Under the pieces are notes generated by a model that saw only the letters and a program-made list of their open reading frames with translations, was not told the DNA's origin and made no database searches. DNA of 48,944 bases from an uncultured Anaerolineaceae bacterium (GTDB lineage Bacteria > Chloroflexota > Anaerolineae > Anaerolineales > E44-bin32). The number at the start of each line of letters is the position of its first letter. Within the stretch, counting starts at the first letter, position 1. Position numbers and translations under genes: made by a program. Positions 36,230-45,887 of the stretch are shown piece after piece. The stretch spans positions 1-48,944 of the forward strand of contig CAZPZD010000009.1 in NCBI GenBank assembly GCA_964590515.1. The letters run 5' to 3'.

Positions 36230-37738
36230 ATGCCGGCGCGGCTGCGGTCGGTCATAAGTTATCTCGCCTGGGGGATGCTCTTCGGGCTGGCCTATGCCCA
36301 ATCCCCGCTCTACACCTCAAACCAAAACCAATATTTCCTCCACGGTCTGGCCCAGGCCGGGGTCGGACACCTAACCGAGGACTGGCTCGCCGGCACGGCC
36401 GATCCGACCCCGCTGTTCAGCGGACTGGTGGCGCTCACTGCCCGCTTCCTCCATCCGATCGTCTTTTATCTGTATTTCCTGCTGCTCGCCGCGGTCTACT
36501 ATCACAGCCTGCGCCGGATCGCGGCTCGGCTCTTCACCCTGGAGCCGTCCTTAATCGCCGGGGGTGTGTTCGCGGCGCTGTTGTTCGTCGCGCATTCAAC
36601 CGCCCTGCGGTTCGCCCTCGGCCGCGGGGTAGGCGGTATCTGGGAGTACGCCTTCGACGGCGGGGTCGCCGGGCAGCGCCTGCTCGGCGACGTGCTGCAG
36701 CCGAGCGCCTTCGGTGTCTTCTTGCTCTTGTCCGTTCAACAGCACCTGGAGGGCCGAACGCGGCGGGCGCTGCTGGCGGCCGCGCTGGCCGCGACGGTTC
36801 ACCCAACTTATCTGCTGGTGGCCGGGATCTTGACGGCAGCCTACGCGCTTGATGCCGCTCGCGAGAAGCGGAGACTCGGTGCGGCCCTGCAGACCGGAGG
36901 TCTGGCTCTGCTGCTCGTTCTCCCCATCCTGATCTATGTTGGGTGGAACTTTCTTCCCGCGTCTGCCGAGGCCCAGCGGATCCTGGTCAGTTTCCGGCTC
37001 CCGGCCCACACGGTTCCCGCCGAATGGTTCGACGCGGCCGCCATCGCCAAGCTCGTTTGGATTGGGCTGGCGCTCTATCTGGCACGTTCGACTCGGCTGG
37101 CCGGCGTGATGGCGGTGTCGCTGGGGATCGGGGTTGGACTCACCCTGCTGCAGGTCGGACTGAACAGTGACGCGCTCGCACTAGCTTTTCCCTGGAGGGT
37201 CTCTACGATCTTGGTACCGCTGGCGACCGCGGTGCTGGCCGGCGCGGCTGCCGGCTGGATCGCCACCCGCCTCCGCGGCCGCGCCTTGCGGGTGCTGGTT
37301 GGATTGGCGATCGGATTCTCGGTAGTGAGCGGCACCGCAGCCACCGGGCTGCAAGAACTTCAGCGTCGCGGGGCGCCTGAGCGTGGCGTCCTGGAGTTCG
37401 TGAAAACCACAAAGACACCCGGCCAGGTCTACTTGATCCCACCCAGGCTGCAGGATTTTCGCCTGGTCACCGGCGCTCCAATCGTCGCCGATTTCAAGTC
37501 CATTCCCTATCGCGGTGACGAGGTGTTGGATTGGTACGAACGGAATCGATTGCTGGGTTTTTTCTATCGCGACCAGATCTCCGAGATCGATTGCGGGTTG
37601 TTGGACGAATTCGTGAAAGGCTACGGCGCTACCCATGTCGTTCTGGAACCCGATCAGCGCGGACTGAATTGCCCTGGCTTGCAGCTCATCTTCGATAATG
37701 GAGAGTACTCGGTGCACCGGTTGGAACGAGAAGGCTGA
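36230..37738 (+). CDS. Multi-pass membrane protein (DUF6798-like, possibly GT-C related)
   Basis: YTSNQNQYFLHGLA, many TMs, HPTY, FPWRVS and C-terminal FRLVTGAPIVADFKSIPY. Family name from recollection. Confidence 0.6.
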   Translation: MPARLRSVISYLAWGMLFGLAYAQSPLYTSNQNQYFLHGLAQAGVGHLTEDWLAGTADPTPLFSGLVALTARFLHPIVFYLYFLLLAAVYYHSLRRIAARLFTLEPSLIAGGVFAALLFVAHSTALRFALGRGVGGIWEYAFDGGVAGQRLLGDVLQPSAFGVFLLLSVQQHLEGRTRRALLAAALAATVHPTYLLVAGILTAAYALDAAREKRRLGAALQTGGLALLLVLPILIYVGWNFLPASAEAQRILVSFRLPAHTVPAEWFDAAAIAKLVWIGLALYLARSTRLAGVMAVSLGIGVGLTLLQVGLNSDALALAFPWRVSTILVPLATAVLAGAAAGWIATRLRGRALRVLVGLAIGFSVVSGTAATGLQELQRRGAPERGVLEFVKTTKTPGQVYLIPPRLQDFRLVTGAPIVADFKSIPYRGDEVLDWYERNRLLGFFYRDQISEIDCGLLDEFVKGYGATHVVLEPDQRGLNCPGLQLIFDNGEYSVHRLEREG

Positions 37739-37746
37739 GCGTCGGC

Positions 37747-38616
37747 ATGCCCGAGCTTCCCGAACTCGAAATCGTGCGGGATGTTCTCCAGCGTCGGCTG
37801 GTGGGCAGGCGGATCATGGGAGTCACCCTGTCTCCCAAGGGTGGACCGATCGTTGTCCGCGATCTCACGGGCCACGGCTTTCGGGAGGGGCTCACCGGCC
37901 GTTCGATCGAGTCTGTTCAGCGGCGAGGCAAGTTCTTGTTGTTCAGCCTCGGCGCAGAGACGGGCGCGGCAAGCACAGGCAGCTGCGGCGAGCCATCCTT
38001 AACGCTAGCGGTGAATCCCAAACTCACTGGTCGGCTGCAGCTCAGTGCTCCGGCGGGGAAGAAGGCCGGCCCGGTGCACGTCACCCTGCATTTCGAGGCC
38101 CCGATCGAGGAGCTGCGCTATGTCGATCAGAAGCGCATGGGGCAGCTCTATCTGACCGCGGAGCTTGCGTCGATTCCAACTTTCGCCGCGATGGGCCCGG
38201 ATGCGTTGGAGGCGTCGCCCGAAATCTTTCGCAATCGCTTGCGGCGCTTTCGAGGCGAGATCAAGGGCGTGCTCTCGCGCGAGCAATTTCTCGCCGGCGT
38301 CGGCAATGCCTACGCTGACGAGATTCTGTGGCAGGCCCGCCTGCATCCCTATCGCAAAGTTAGCTCAATGACCCCGGAAGAGATCGATCGCCTCTATACG
38401 GCGATGAATGTGACCCTGCGCGATTCGATCGAAAAGGTTGAAGCTGCGATGGGCGAGGACATCCATCTTAAGCCGCGCGGCTTCTTCGCGGTTCACCTGC
38501 GCGGCGGCCAGGCCTGCCCGCGCTGCGGCGGAAGAATATCCGAAATCACGGCCCAGGACCGAATCACGAACTTCTGTCGCAGTTGCCAGCCGGGCGGCTT
38601 GATCCGGGGGCTCTGA
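37747..38616 (+). CDS. Fpg/Nei-family DNA glycosylase/AP lyase
   Basis: MPELPE, RRGKFL, H2TH AGVGNAYADEIL, zinc finger CPRC...FCRSCQ. Confidence 0.92.
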   Translation: MPELPELEIVRDVLQRRLVGRRIMGVTLSPKGGPIVVRDLTGHGFREGLTGRSIESVQRRGKFLLFSLGAETGAASTGSCGEPSLTLAVNPKLTGRLQLSAPAGKKAGPVHVTLHFEAPIEELRYVDQKRMGQLYLTAELASIPTFAAMGPDALEASPEIFRNRLRRFRGEIKGVLSREQFLAGVGNAYADEILWQARLHPYRKVSSMTPEEIDRLYTAMNVTLRDSIEKVEAAMGEDIHLKPRGFFAVHLRGGQACPRCGGRISEITAQDRITNFCRSCQPGGLIRGL

Positions 38617-38699
38617 GGCCACCGCGGTCCTGCTGCGCGAACATTGCTTGTTCAGCCGCATTCAAATGCTTATTCTGGGCGCACGCTGCCTGGGCCCGC

Positions 38700-38753
38700 T
38701 TGACTTCCGCCGTCCCACAGGGTATACCTGAATTGATTTTAGGTTTGCCTAAT
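38700..38753 (+). promoter_or_regulatory. Promoter with downstream DtxR/IdeR/MntR box
   Basis: TTGACT-N17-TATACC (38700-38728), then TTTAGGTTTGCCTAAT (38738-38753), close to the DtxR/IdeR core TTAGG-N4-CCTAA. Confidence 0.72.
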
Positions 38754-38767
38754 TTTCTAGAAAGACG

Positions 38768-39430
38768 ATGCACACCCAAGCGGTTGAAGACTACCTGAAG
38801 AATATCTACGAGCTGCAGGCCTCGGCCGAGAAGGTTTCCACGACCGGCCTGGCCGAGCGGCTGGGGGTCGCGCCGGCCTCCGTGACCGGGATGGTCAAGA
38901 AGCTGGCTGCCATGAAGCTGCTCAAGCATGAACCCTATCACGGTGTTCTGTTGACCAAGGCCGGTGAGAAGATCGCCCTGGAGGTGATCCGCCACCACCG
39001 GCTGGTGGAGAGCTACCTGACCGAGGCCCTTGGGGTGCCCTGGGACAAGGTCCACGAAGAAGCCGACAAGTGGGAACATGTGCTGTCGGAAGAGATGGAA
39101 GACCGGATCTCGGCCATGCTCGGTAACCCAACGACCGATCCCCACGGGGCCCCAATTCCCGCCCGGGATGGTTCGCTTCCGGAAACTCGCCTCCGACGCC
39201 TCTCGGATCTCGAACCCGGCGAGCGGGCGGTGGTCGCCGAGGTCAGTGACCACGACCCCGAACTGCTGCGCTATCTGGGCGAGATGGGTTTGTTCCCCCA
39301 GACCAAGCTGCGGCTGATTTCCGCGGCGCCCTTCCAGGGTCCGCTCACCATCGAGATCGGCGGGCGAGAGCAAGCCGTCGGGCGAGAAGTCGCCGGGCAA
39401 GTCTTGGTTGAGTCCGGGGTCAAGGCGTAA
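38768..39430 (+). CDS. DtxR/MntR-family metal-dependent regulator with FeoA domain
   Basis: EDYLKNIYEL, SVTGMVKKL, RHHRLVESYL, EADKWEH, DPHGAPIP. Confidence 0.94.
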   Translation: MHTQAVEDYLKNIYELQASAEKVSTTGLAERLGVAPASVTGMVKKLAAMKLLKHEPYHGVLLTKAGEKIALEVIRHHRLVESYLTEALGVPWDKVHEEADKWEHVLSEEMEDRISAMLGNPTTDPHGAPIPARDGSLPETRLRRLSDLEPGERAVVAEVSDHDPELLRYLGEMGLFPQTKLRLISAAPFQGPLTIEIGGREQAVGREVAGQVLVESGVKA

Positions 39431-39510
39431 GCCCGGTCCAAGCCACTCGCGTCAGCCCTCAATTTCCGGTCTACCCGCAGCTTCAATAGCTTCGCGATAA
39501 GCCCCGCCTT

Positions 39511-39537
39511 GGGAACCGTCCCGACCCGATCGGTGTA
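39511..39537 (+). promoter_or_regulatory. Candidate autoregulated ECF promoter
   Basis: GGGAAC-N17-TGTA immediately upstream of the sigma gene. Confidence 0.5.
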
Positions 39538-39550
39538 TTGTCTTGCGTAC

Positions 39551-40123
39551 GTGAGTGAAACGAATGAAGCGGACCTGATCTCCCGGGCGCGCGCCGGAGA
39601 GGCCGCAGCCTGGGAAGCACTCGTGCACAACCACGAGCAACGTGTGTATCGACTTGCCTATCTGATGCTCGCGGATCCCGACGAAGCGCAGGATGTGGTC
39701 CAGAATACTTTCATCCGCGCCTACCAGCACTTAAACAACTTCGACGATCAACGCCCGCTGCAACCCTGGCTACTGCGGATCGCCTCCAACTTGGCCCTCA
39801 ATCGCCGCCGATCGATCGGTCGCTACTGGTTCGCTTTACAGCGACTCGCCCGGCCGGATCTGGATGTCCGCCGGACCACTGAAGGTGCGGCCGTGAACCG
39901 AGAAGGGTTTGAGGCCTTGTGGCAGGCCGTTCGCCGGCTGAGCGAACTCGACCAGCGGGTGATCTACCTGCGCTACTTCCTGGAGCTCTCCGAGGCGGAA
40001 ACTGCCTCCGCACTGGAAGTGCCGGCGGGGACCGTCAAATCTCGCCTGCACCGGGCGCTGATTCGGCTGCGCACTATCATCGAGCGGGACTTCCCAGAAT
40101 TGCGGGAAGGTCTTTACCCATGA
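39551..40123 (+). CDS. ECF RNA polymerase sigma factor
   Basis: EAQDVVQNTFIRAY, WLLRIASN (region 2); GTVKSRLHRA (region 4). Confidence 0.93.
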   Translation: MSETNEADLISRARAGEAAAWEALVHNHEQRVYRLAYLMLADPDEAQDVVQNTFIRAYQHLNNFDDQRPLQPWLLRIASNLALNRRRSIGRYWFALQRLARPDLDVRRTTEGAAVNREGFEALWQAVRRLSELDQRVIYLRYFLELSEAETASALEVPAGTVKSRLHRALIRLRTIIERDFPELREGLYP

Positions 40124-40899
40124 CAGACGAGCTCTCGTTGGAAAGATTCGAGCAACGGGTTCAGGCGCTGGCTTCCGAGTTCAACTATCCGCCGACGCCA
40201 GATATCGTGGCTAGGTTGCGTCAGACCCGGGGTCGGCAGGTTCGACGGCCTCGGCTGGCCTGGGCGATAGCAATCGCACTGGTGATTGCGACAGGGTTAT
40301 TGGCCGTTCCAGGCGTGCGGGCCGCGGTGTTTGAGATTGTGAAAATCGGCGCAATCCGGATCTTGATCGGGGGGCCGACCCCGACCCCCCTCCCGCCGAC
40401 CGGACATTTGAGCCTTAGCGAGCTTCCCAGCGAAACCACGTTGGAGGCGGCCACGGCTTCGGCCGCCATCCCGATTCGACTCCCGAGCTACCCACCCGAC
40501 CTCGGCCCACCTGACCGCGTGTTTCTGCTGAGAGATTTCGGGGGGATTGTCATCCTGGTCTGGGAAGATCTGAACTACCCCGACCTCGCCCGTCTGGCGC
40601 TTTTCGAGATCCCGCCCGGGCCGATCGTGAACAAGCTTTTTCCAGAACGCATCCAGTCAACAAGCGTGGCGGGTCGGCCCGCGATTTGGACGACCGGCGA
40701 CCACTTCGTTGAGGTGATCATGGAGAGCCGACAGGAACTGGTGCTGGTCCGAGGCAACGTGCTGCTCTGGTCATTTGAGGGGGTCACGTACCGGCTGGAG
40801 ACGACTCTATCCTTGGAAGAAGCAATCCGGATCGCTGAGTCGCTCGAGGAAGCCGACGCTAGCGAGTTTGCGCCAGTGACCGCCGAACCCTTGCCTTGA
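40120..40899 (+). CDS. Probable single-TM anti-sigma factor
   Basis: ATGA overlap with the sigma gene; cytoplasmic N-terminus (YPPTPDI), one TM, Pro-rich linker, extracytoplasmic domain ending TYRLET.LSLEEAIRIAESL. Confidence 0.72.
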   Translation: MTDELSLERFEQRVQALASEFNYPPTPDIVARLRQTRGRQVRRPRLAWAIAIALVIATGLLAVPGVRAAVFEIVKIGAIRILIGGPTPTPLPPTGHLSLSELPSETTLEAATASAAIPIRLPSYPPDLGPPDRVFLLRDFGGIVILVWEDLNYPDLARLALFEIPPGPIVNKLFPERIQSTSVAGRPAIWTTGDHFVEVIMESRQELVLVRGNVLLWSFEGVTYRLETTLSLEEAIRIAESLEEADASEFAPVTAEPLP

Positions 40900-40903
40900 C
40901 CCC

Positions 40904-41605
40904 TCAGACAACTGTGCCGAACGCGGCGCCGATGGCTGCGGTTAGCGCCATGGCTAAGGCCCCCCAGAAGGTCACCCGGGCCGCGCCGACGAGGGAATCT
41001 GCACCCCCCACCCGGGCCGCAATCCCCCCCAGCAGCGCTAAGAACGCCAATGACCCTGCGGCGACCAAGGGAATCGTGCGCGACGGTGGGCTCAACACAA
41101 CGATCGCAAGCGGCATGGCCGCGCCAATCGCGAACGTGGCGGCTGAGGCCAGTGCGGCTTGAATGGGCCGGGCCCGATGCACCTTCGACAGACCGAGTTC
41201 GTCGCGGGCGTGGGCTCCCAGCGCATCGTGCGCCATCAACTGCTCCGCCACTTGATCTGCGAGTGAAGAATCGAGCCCTCTCTCTACGTAGATCCCTGCA
41301 AGTTCCTTGCGCTCAAAGGGTTCGTCCGACCATAGTTCGTTGCGCTCGCGTTCAAGGTCGGCATTCTCGGTGTCGGCCTGAGAGCTGACCGACACGTATT
41401 CCCCGGCGGCCATCGACATCGCGCCGGCGACCAGTCCTGCGATTCCCGCGACCAGCACGCTGCTGTGCGAGGCTTGGGCCGCGGCCACGCCCACCACCAG
41501 ACTGGCCGTCGAAACGATCCCATCGTTCGCACCCAATACGGCCGCGCGCAGCCAGCCTATTCGGTCGGCATAGTGTCGTTCGGGCTGTCGTCTACGCATT
41601 AGCAC
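40904..41605 (-). CDS. VIT1/CCC1-family Fe/Mn transporter
   Basis: WLRAAVLGANDGIVS, AGAMSMAAGEYVSVSSQ, HARDELG. Confidence 0.94.
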   Translation of the reverse strand: MLMRRRQPERHYADRIGWLRAAVLGANDGIVSTASLVVGVAAAQASHSSVLVAGIAGLVAGAMSMAAGEYVSVSSQADTENADLERERNELWSDEPFERKELAGIYVERGLDSSLADQVAEQLMAHDALGAHARDELGLSKVHRARPIQAALASAATFAIGAAMPLAIVVLSPPSRTIPLVAAGSLAFLALLGGIAARVGGADSLVGAARVTFWGALAMALTAAIGAAFGTVV

Positions 41606-41608
41606 GCT

Positions 41609-42016
41609 CTATTCCAGAAAGTGCTGTCTGACTTTCGCCGCAATCTGACGGTCTGTCATCTTGTCAACGGCCTCAACACCCACGATCCGCCCGCCGAGTC
41701 CTTTGCTCTCAAGACGCTTTTCGAGTTCTCCCTTTGCCTCACCAGGGCCAAACACCAGAATCGCCTCGGCCTCCCGGATATGTGAGATCACCTCGTCATA
41801 GTAGGTACTCAGATGCTGCGCGAAACGCCTGTCTCGTTGGTCCTCTGCCGTAAGCTCCACGGCTAGGTGGGGAGTCTTTGATCGTGAACCCGCCGAGAAA
41901 CGGACATGAGGCTCCAGCTGGGATTTCATCGTTAGCACGACTTCCTTACCCTCCCCCAGGATAGCCACAATAACTGCTTTGCGATGGTCAATCCATAGAC
42001 CCACTACTCTCTTCAT
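41609..42016 (-). CDS. Small protein resembling a stand-alone eRF1 domain-2/host-attachment-like fold
   Basis: VGLWIDHRKAVIV...YYDEVI...ILVFGPGEAKGEL; GGAGGAG RBS. Confidence 0.6.
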   Translation of the reverse strand: MKRVVGLWIDHRKAVIVAILGEGKEVVLTMKSQLEPHVRFSAGSRSKTPHLAVELTAEDQRDRRFAQHLSTYYDEVISHIREAEAILVFGPGEAKGELEKRLESKGLGGRIVGVEAVDKMTDRQIAAKVRQHFLE

Positions 42017-42038
42017 AAGACTTCTCCTCCGGCAGAGC

Positions 42039-42116
42039 CGCCCAGTAGGGGCCCCTGGATTCTACCCGGGCAGGTCGCTGACAAGGGGGGTCCAACGTCG
42101 AGGCCCCTACCGAGCG
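42039..42116. repeat. GTAG-type inverted repeat (REP-like)
   Basis: GTAGGGGCC (42045-42053) / GGCCCCTAC (42102-42110) perfect arms, extendable to 15 bp with G-T pairs on the minus strand. Confidence 0.45.
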
Positions 42117-42150
42117 CGGATGATAGAATCCGCCGGATCGCTTCCCCCCA

Positions 42151-43572
42151 GTGATGCTTTCCGCCAGCCGACTCTTCGCGCTTCTCGCTTTCGCCCTGCC
42201 GACCCTGGCCTGCAATTTCGCCACTGATCGGGCCAACCAGCTGATCGACCAGTTTTCCCAACAGGTGCCGACCCGCGAGTCTGGTCCGGTAGAGACCGCG
42301 CCCACGCCGGGCGGGCCCCGCCTATTGCCCACTGAGATTGACCCGGCCGCAACCTTCGGACCCGATCCAGGCGCCTCAATCCCGCTCGAGATCCGCGAGC
42401 AGATGGACGGCATTCAGGAGGAGGTCGTCGCGCTGAGAGGGCTGCAGGCCACCGGCCCGGTGGCCCGGGCGCTGCTCTCCCCGGAAGCCCTGCGCCAGTA
42501 TGTGACCGACGACTTCCTGGCCGATTACACCGAGGCGGAGGCCAGGGACGACGCGCGGACTCTGGCGCTGCTTGGATTGATGCAGCCCGATTACGATCTT
42601 TTCAATCTGTATATGGAACTGTACAGCGAACAGATCGCCGGCTTCTACGATGATGAACTCAAGCAGATGTTCGTAGTCCAGGGGGCGGGATTCCACGGGA
42701 CGGAGCGAATCACCTACGCCCACGAGTACACCCACGCCCTGCAGGACCAGCATTTCGATCTGCGCAACGGCCTGGGGTTCAACGACGAGGCCTGCGAGCT
42801 GGACAGCGAGCGCTGCGCGGCGATCCAGGCCCTGCTTGAGGGCGACGCTTCGCTTCTGGAGGAGCGTTGGCTGCTGACCTATGCCACCGACCAGGACTAC
42901 CAGGATCTGCTCGACTTCTATGATTCGCTCCAGAGCCCGGTTTTCGATTCCGCGCCGCAGTTCCTGCAGGAGGACTTCATCTTCCCCTACCAGAGCGGTC
43001 GTGCCTTTGTGGAGCATTTCTTTCTCGATGGAGGCTTTGCCGCGGTCGATGCGGTTTACACGGACCCTCCAAGCTCCACCGAACAGATCCTGCACCCGGA
43101 GCGGTATCCAAGCGACCGTCCCATCAAGCTCGAGGCGGCTGAGCTGCTGCCGAGCCTGGGAAGCGGTTGGCGCGAAATCGATCGGGACGTAGTTGGAGAG
43201 TGGTACACCCAACTCACGCTGCGAGAACAGCTTTCAGGCGAGCAGGCGGCGCCAGCCGCCGAAGGCTGGGGCGGCGACTACTTCCTGGCGTTTTATCACG
43301 ACGAGCAGGACCAGGGTGCGCTGGTCCTGCTGACCGTCTGGGACAGGGTGCTCGAGGCGCATGAGTTCTACGGGGCGTTTCTCGGGTATGGAGATAGCCG
43401 CTTCGGTGGGCGCACTGTGTCCACCACTACTCAGGCGGCCTGGGATTCAACATTCGGCCATGCCTCGATCGAAATCGCGGGCGACCAGACCCTCTGGATC
43501 CTGGCGCCTGACGCGCAAATCGCACAGACGCTGCGCCAGGGGGTGCCCTTCCCTGCCCAGCCCTCCCAGTAG
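42151..43572 (+). CDS. Lipoprotein, HEXXH zinc metallopeptidase-like (Hvo_1808-like)
   Basis: Lipobox TLAC; IAGFYD, AHEYTHALQDQ, downstream EGDA, FPY..G, PPSSTEQILHPERY, GWGGD. Confidence 0.8.
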   Translation: MMLSASRLFALLAFALPTLACNFATDRANQLIDQFSQQVPTRESGPVETAPTPGGPRLLPTEIDPAATFGPDPGASIPLEIREQMDGIQEEVVALRGLQATGPVARALLSPEALRQYVTDDFLADYTEAEARDDARTLALLGLMQPDYDLFNLYMELYSEQIAGFYDDELKQMFVVQGAGFHGTERITYAHEYTHALQDQHFDLRNGLGFNDEACELDSERCAAIQALLEGDASLLEERWLLTYATDQDYQDLLDFYDSLQSPVFDSAPQFLQEDFIFPYQSGRAFVEHFFLDGGFAAVDAVYTDPPSSTEQILHPERYPSDRPIKLEAAELLPSLGSGWREIDRDVVGEWYTQLTLREQLSGEQAAPAAEGWGGDYFLAFYHDEQDQGALVLLTVWDRVLEAHEFYGAFLGYGDSRFGGRTVSTTTQAAWDSTFGHASIEIAGDQTLWILAPDAQIAQTLRQGVPFPAQPSQ

Positions 43573-43639
43573 CCCCTCTCCAATAACCAACGGCGGCCAA
43601 GTGGCCGCCGTCTCTATTCCAGTTATCAGTCCGTTTCGC

Positions 43640-44827
43640 TTAGCCGGTCGTCGAGCTCGACCGCTTGGGGCCTTCCTCCCCAAGCCAAGAGGCCTGGTAG
43701 TCGACTTTCTCAAACTCCAGCGCGTCGATCGTTACATTCAGCGGCTTGAACGTGTCTACCATGACGGCCAATTCGTCCGTGCGCTGCTGGCCGATGGAGG
43801 CCTCGGTGGCGCCCGGCTGCGGACCGTGCGGCAGACCGCTCGGATGGAGCGTGATGTCGCAGCGGTCGATCCCTCTGCGGGACATGAAGTTGCCCTCGCA
43901 GTAGTAGATCACTTCGTCCGAGTTGACATTGGAGTGGCTGTAGGGCGCGGGGATCGCCTGGGGGTGGTAGTCAAACAGCCGCGGCACAAACGAGCACACG
44001 ACGAAGTTCCAGCCTTCGAAGGTCTGATGGGTGGGGGGCGGCAGATGAACCATGCCGGTGCGGGGTTCGTAGTCCCGAATGTTGAAGATCCAGGGATACA
44101 CGTACCCGTCCCAGCCCACGACATCGAAGGGATGGAAGTCGAGGGTGTGGCGGGTCAGGCTGTCGCGCACCTTCACCCGCACTTCGTGCTGCCCGTCTTG
44201 GCTGAAGGTCTCCAGTTCCTGCGGCACCCGGATATCGCGTTCGGTGTAGGGAGCGAATTCGGTGAGCTGCCCGTACTTGTTTCGATAGCGGGGAGGCGGC
44301 TCGATCTGGGAGGCCGACTCGATCACAAAGAAGCGGGCAGGTCCATCCAACTCCATGGTCCAGGTGGTGCCGTAGGGGATGACGATGTAGTCGCCAACCC
44401 CGAAAGGCAGTTTGCCGAACTGGCTGCGCAGCACCCCGGCCCCTTCGTGGGTAAACCAGACCTCGTAGGCCTGGGCATTTCGGTAGAAATAGGACATGCT
44501 CTCGGTGGGCCGACTCACGCCCAGCGTGACATCACTGTTCCCCAACAGCGTCCGACGAGCAGCGACCGCATCCCCACCCGAAGGAACCTGATCCGTGGTA
44601 AACGCCCGATGCCGTAAAGCACCGAAGTCCGCGTATTCCGGCCGGGCTTTTCCCAGCTCTTCGAATTTGGCAACCCGCGGCGGCAGGTTGTGGTGGTAGA
44701 GGATGGACTGGATCCCGGAGAATCCCTCCAGCCCCATCACTTCTTCCCGGTACAAGCCGCCATCTGACTTGCGAAACTGGGTATGTCGTTTCTGGGGCAA
44801 GTCGCCCAGCCGGTGATAGAAGGGCAT
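43640..44827 (-). CDS. hmgA: Homogentisate 1,2-dioxygenase
   Basis: HPFDVVGWDG, VHLPPPTHQTF, PYSHSNVNSDEVIYY, TLHP.G.PHGP, ELAVMVDTF. Confidence 0.95.
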   Translation of the reverse strand: MPFYHRLGDLPQKRHTQFRKSDGGLYREEVMGLEGFSGIQSILYHHNLPPRVAKFEELGKARPEYADFGALRHRAFTTDQVPSGGDAVAARRTLLGNSDVTLGVSRPTESMSYFYRNAQAYEVWFTHEGAGVLRSQFGKLPFGVGDYIVIPYGTTWTMELDGPARFFVIESASQIEPPPRYRNKYGQLTEFAPYTERDIRVPQELETFSQDGQHEVRVKVRDSLTRHTLDFHPFDVVGWDGYVYPWIFNIRDYEPRTGMVHLPPPTHQTFEGWNFVVCSFVPRLFDYHPQAIPAPYSHSNVNSDEVIYYCEGNFMSRRGIDRCDITLHPSGLPHGPQPGATEASIGQQRTDELAVMVDTFKPLNVTIDALEFEKVDYQASWLGEEGPKRSSSTTG

Positions 44828-44869
44828 CGCAATCCTCCTGCTAGAAGCCGACCATCGGCAACCCGCTGC

Positions 44870-45874
44870 TCATCGGCGGCCGCGCTCTCCGACCCGGTTG
44901 CGCAGCACACCCAGGCGCTCAATCTCCAATTCGACCACATCTCCCGGTTGCAGCCACGGGCCTTCACCTTTGGTCAGCTCCAACAAGCACCCGGTGCCGA
45001 CCGTGCCGGATCCGAGCACATCGCCTGGCATCAGGTAGACCTCGGCCGAGGCCCGGGCGATCATCGCTCCAAATGAATGGTGCAGATCCTTCCAGTTCCC
45101 GCTCGATCGCTCGACCCCATTCACCCTGGCGACCATCTTCAAGTCGAACACCCCCGGCCGGCTGTCCGCTTGGTCACCCAGCTCGTCGGCGGTGACGATG
45201 GCCGGGCCGAGGGAGGAGGCAAAGTCCTTCCCCTTCGCAGGACCCAGCCCAACCTTCATCTCTCGGCGCTGCTCGTCTCGGGCGGACCAGTCGTTAAAGA
45301 TGGTGTACCCGAAAATGTATTGCTCGGCCTGCTCTGCGGAAATGTCCCGTCCGCGTTGGCCGATCACGCAGGCAACTTCCAGCTCATAATCGAGCGCCGA
45401 AGTATAGGCCGGGTAGGGAATTGTCTCGTCCGGCCCAAAGATCGAGTTTGGATTCGAGTAATAGAAGATCGGGATCTCATACCACTCTGCGGGAACTTCC
45501 TTGCCCCGAATCGCGTGCGCGGCGCTGACGTGGGCTTCGAAGGCGTAGAAATCCCGCAGGCTCATCGGGCGGGGCAGCGGCGGATAAAGCACCACGTCCT
45601 CCCGCCGGTACCCAACCGCTTTGCGACCGGACCCTTTCAACCCCAGCAGGTCCAGCTCCGCCAGGCTGGCGACGAGCTGTCGCAGATAAGCCTGCACGTC
45701 AGGTCCCAGGTGAAGCAGCTCGAGCAGGGTGGGTGGAATGGGCTCGGCGGGTAGGGACTTCGCCCCCTGGGCCCAGGTGCGGGCCGCCTGCAGATCCACC
45801 ACCACGTCGCCGATCAGGACACCGAGCAGCGGCTTCCTGAGCGAGTCGGGCAGAGCGAAAGTTACGTAGCGCAC
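44870..45874 (-). CDS. fahA: Fumarylacetoacetate hydrolase
   Basis: RDFYAFEAHV, LDYELEVA, NDWSARD, KGKDFA, GSGTVGTG; lies between hppD and hmgA. Confidence 0.9.
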   Translation of the reverse strand: MRYVTFALPDSLRKPLLGVLIGDVVVDLQAARTWAQGAKSLPAEPIPPTLLELLHLGPDVQAYLRQLVASLAELDLLGLKGSGRKAVGYRREDVVLYPPLPRPMSLRDFYAFEAHVSAAHAIRGKEVPAEWYEIPIFYYSNPNSIFGPDETIPYPAYTSALDYELEVACVIGQRGRDISAEQAEQYIFGYTIFNDWSARDEQRREMKVGLGPAKGKDFASSLGPAIVTADELGDQADSRPGVFDLKMVARVNGVERSSGNWKDLHHSFGAMIARASAEVYLMPGDVLGSGTVGTGCLLELTKGEGPWLQPGDVVELEIERLGVLRNRVGERGRR

Positions 45875-45887
45875 GTTGCGCGGCAAA

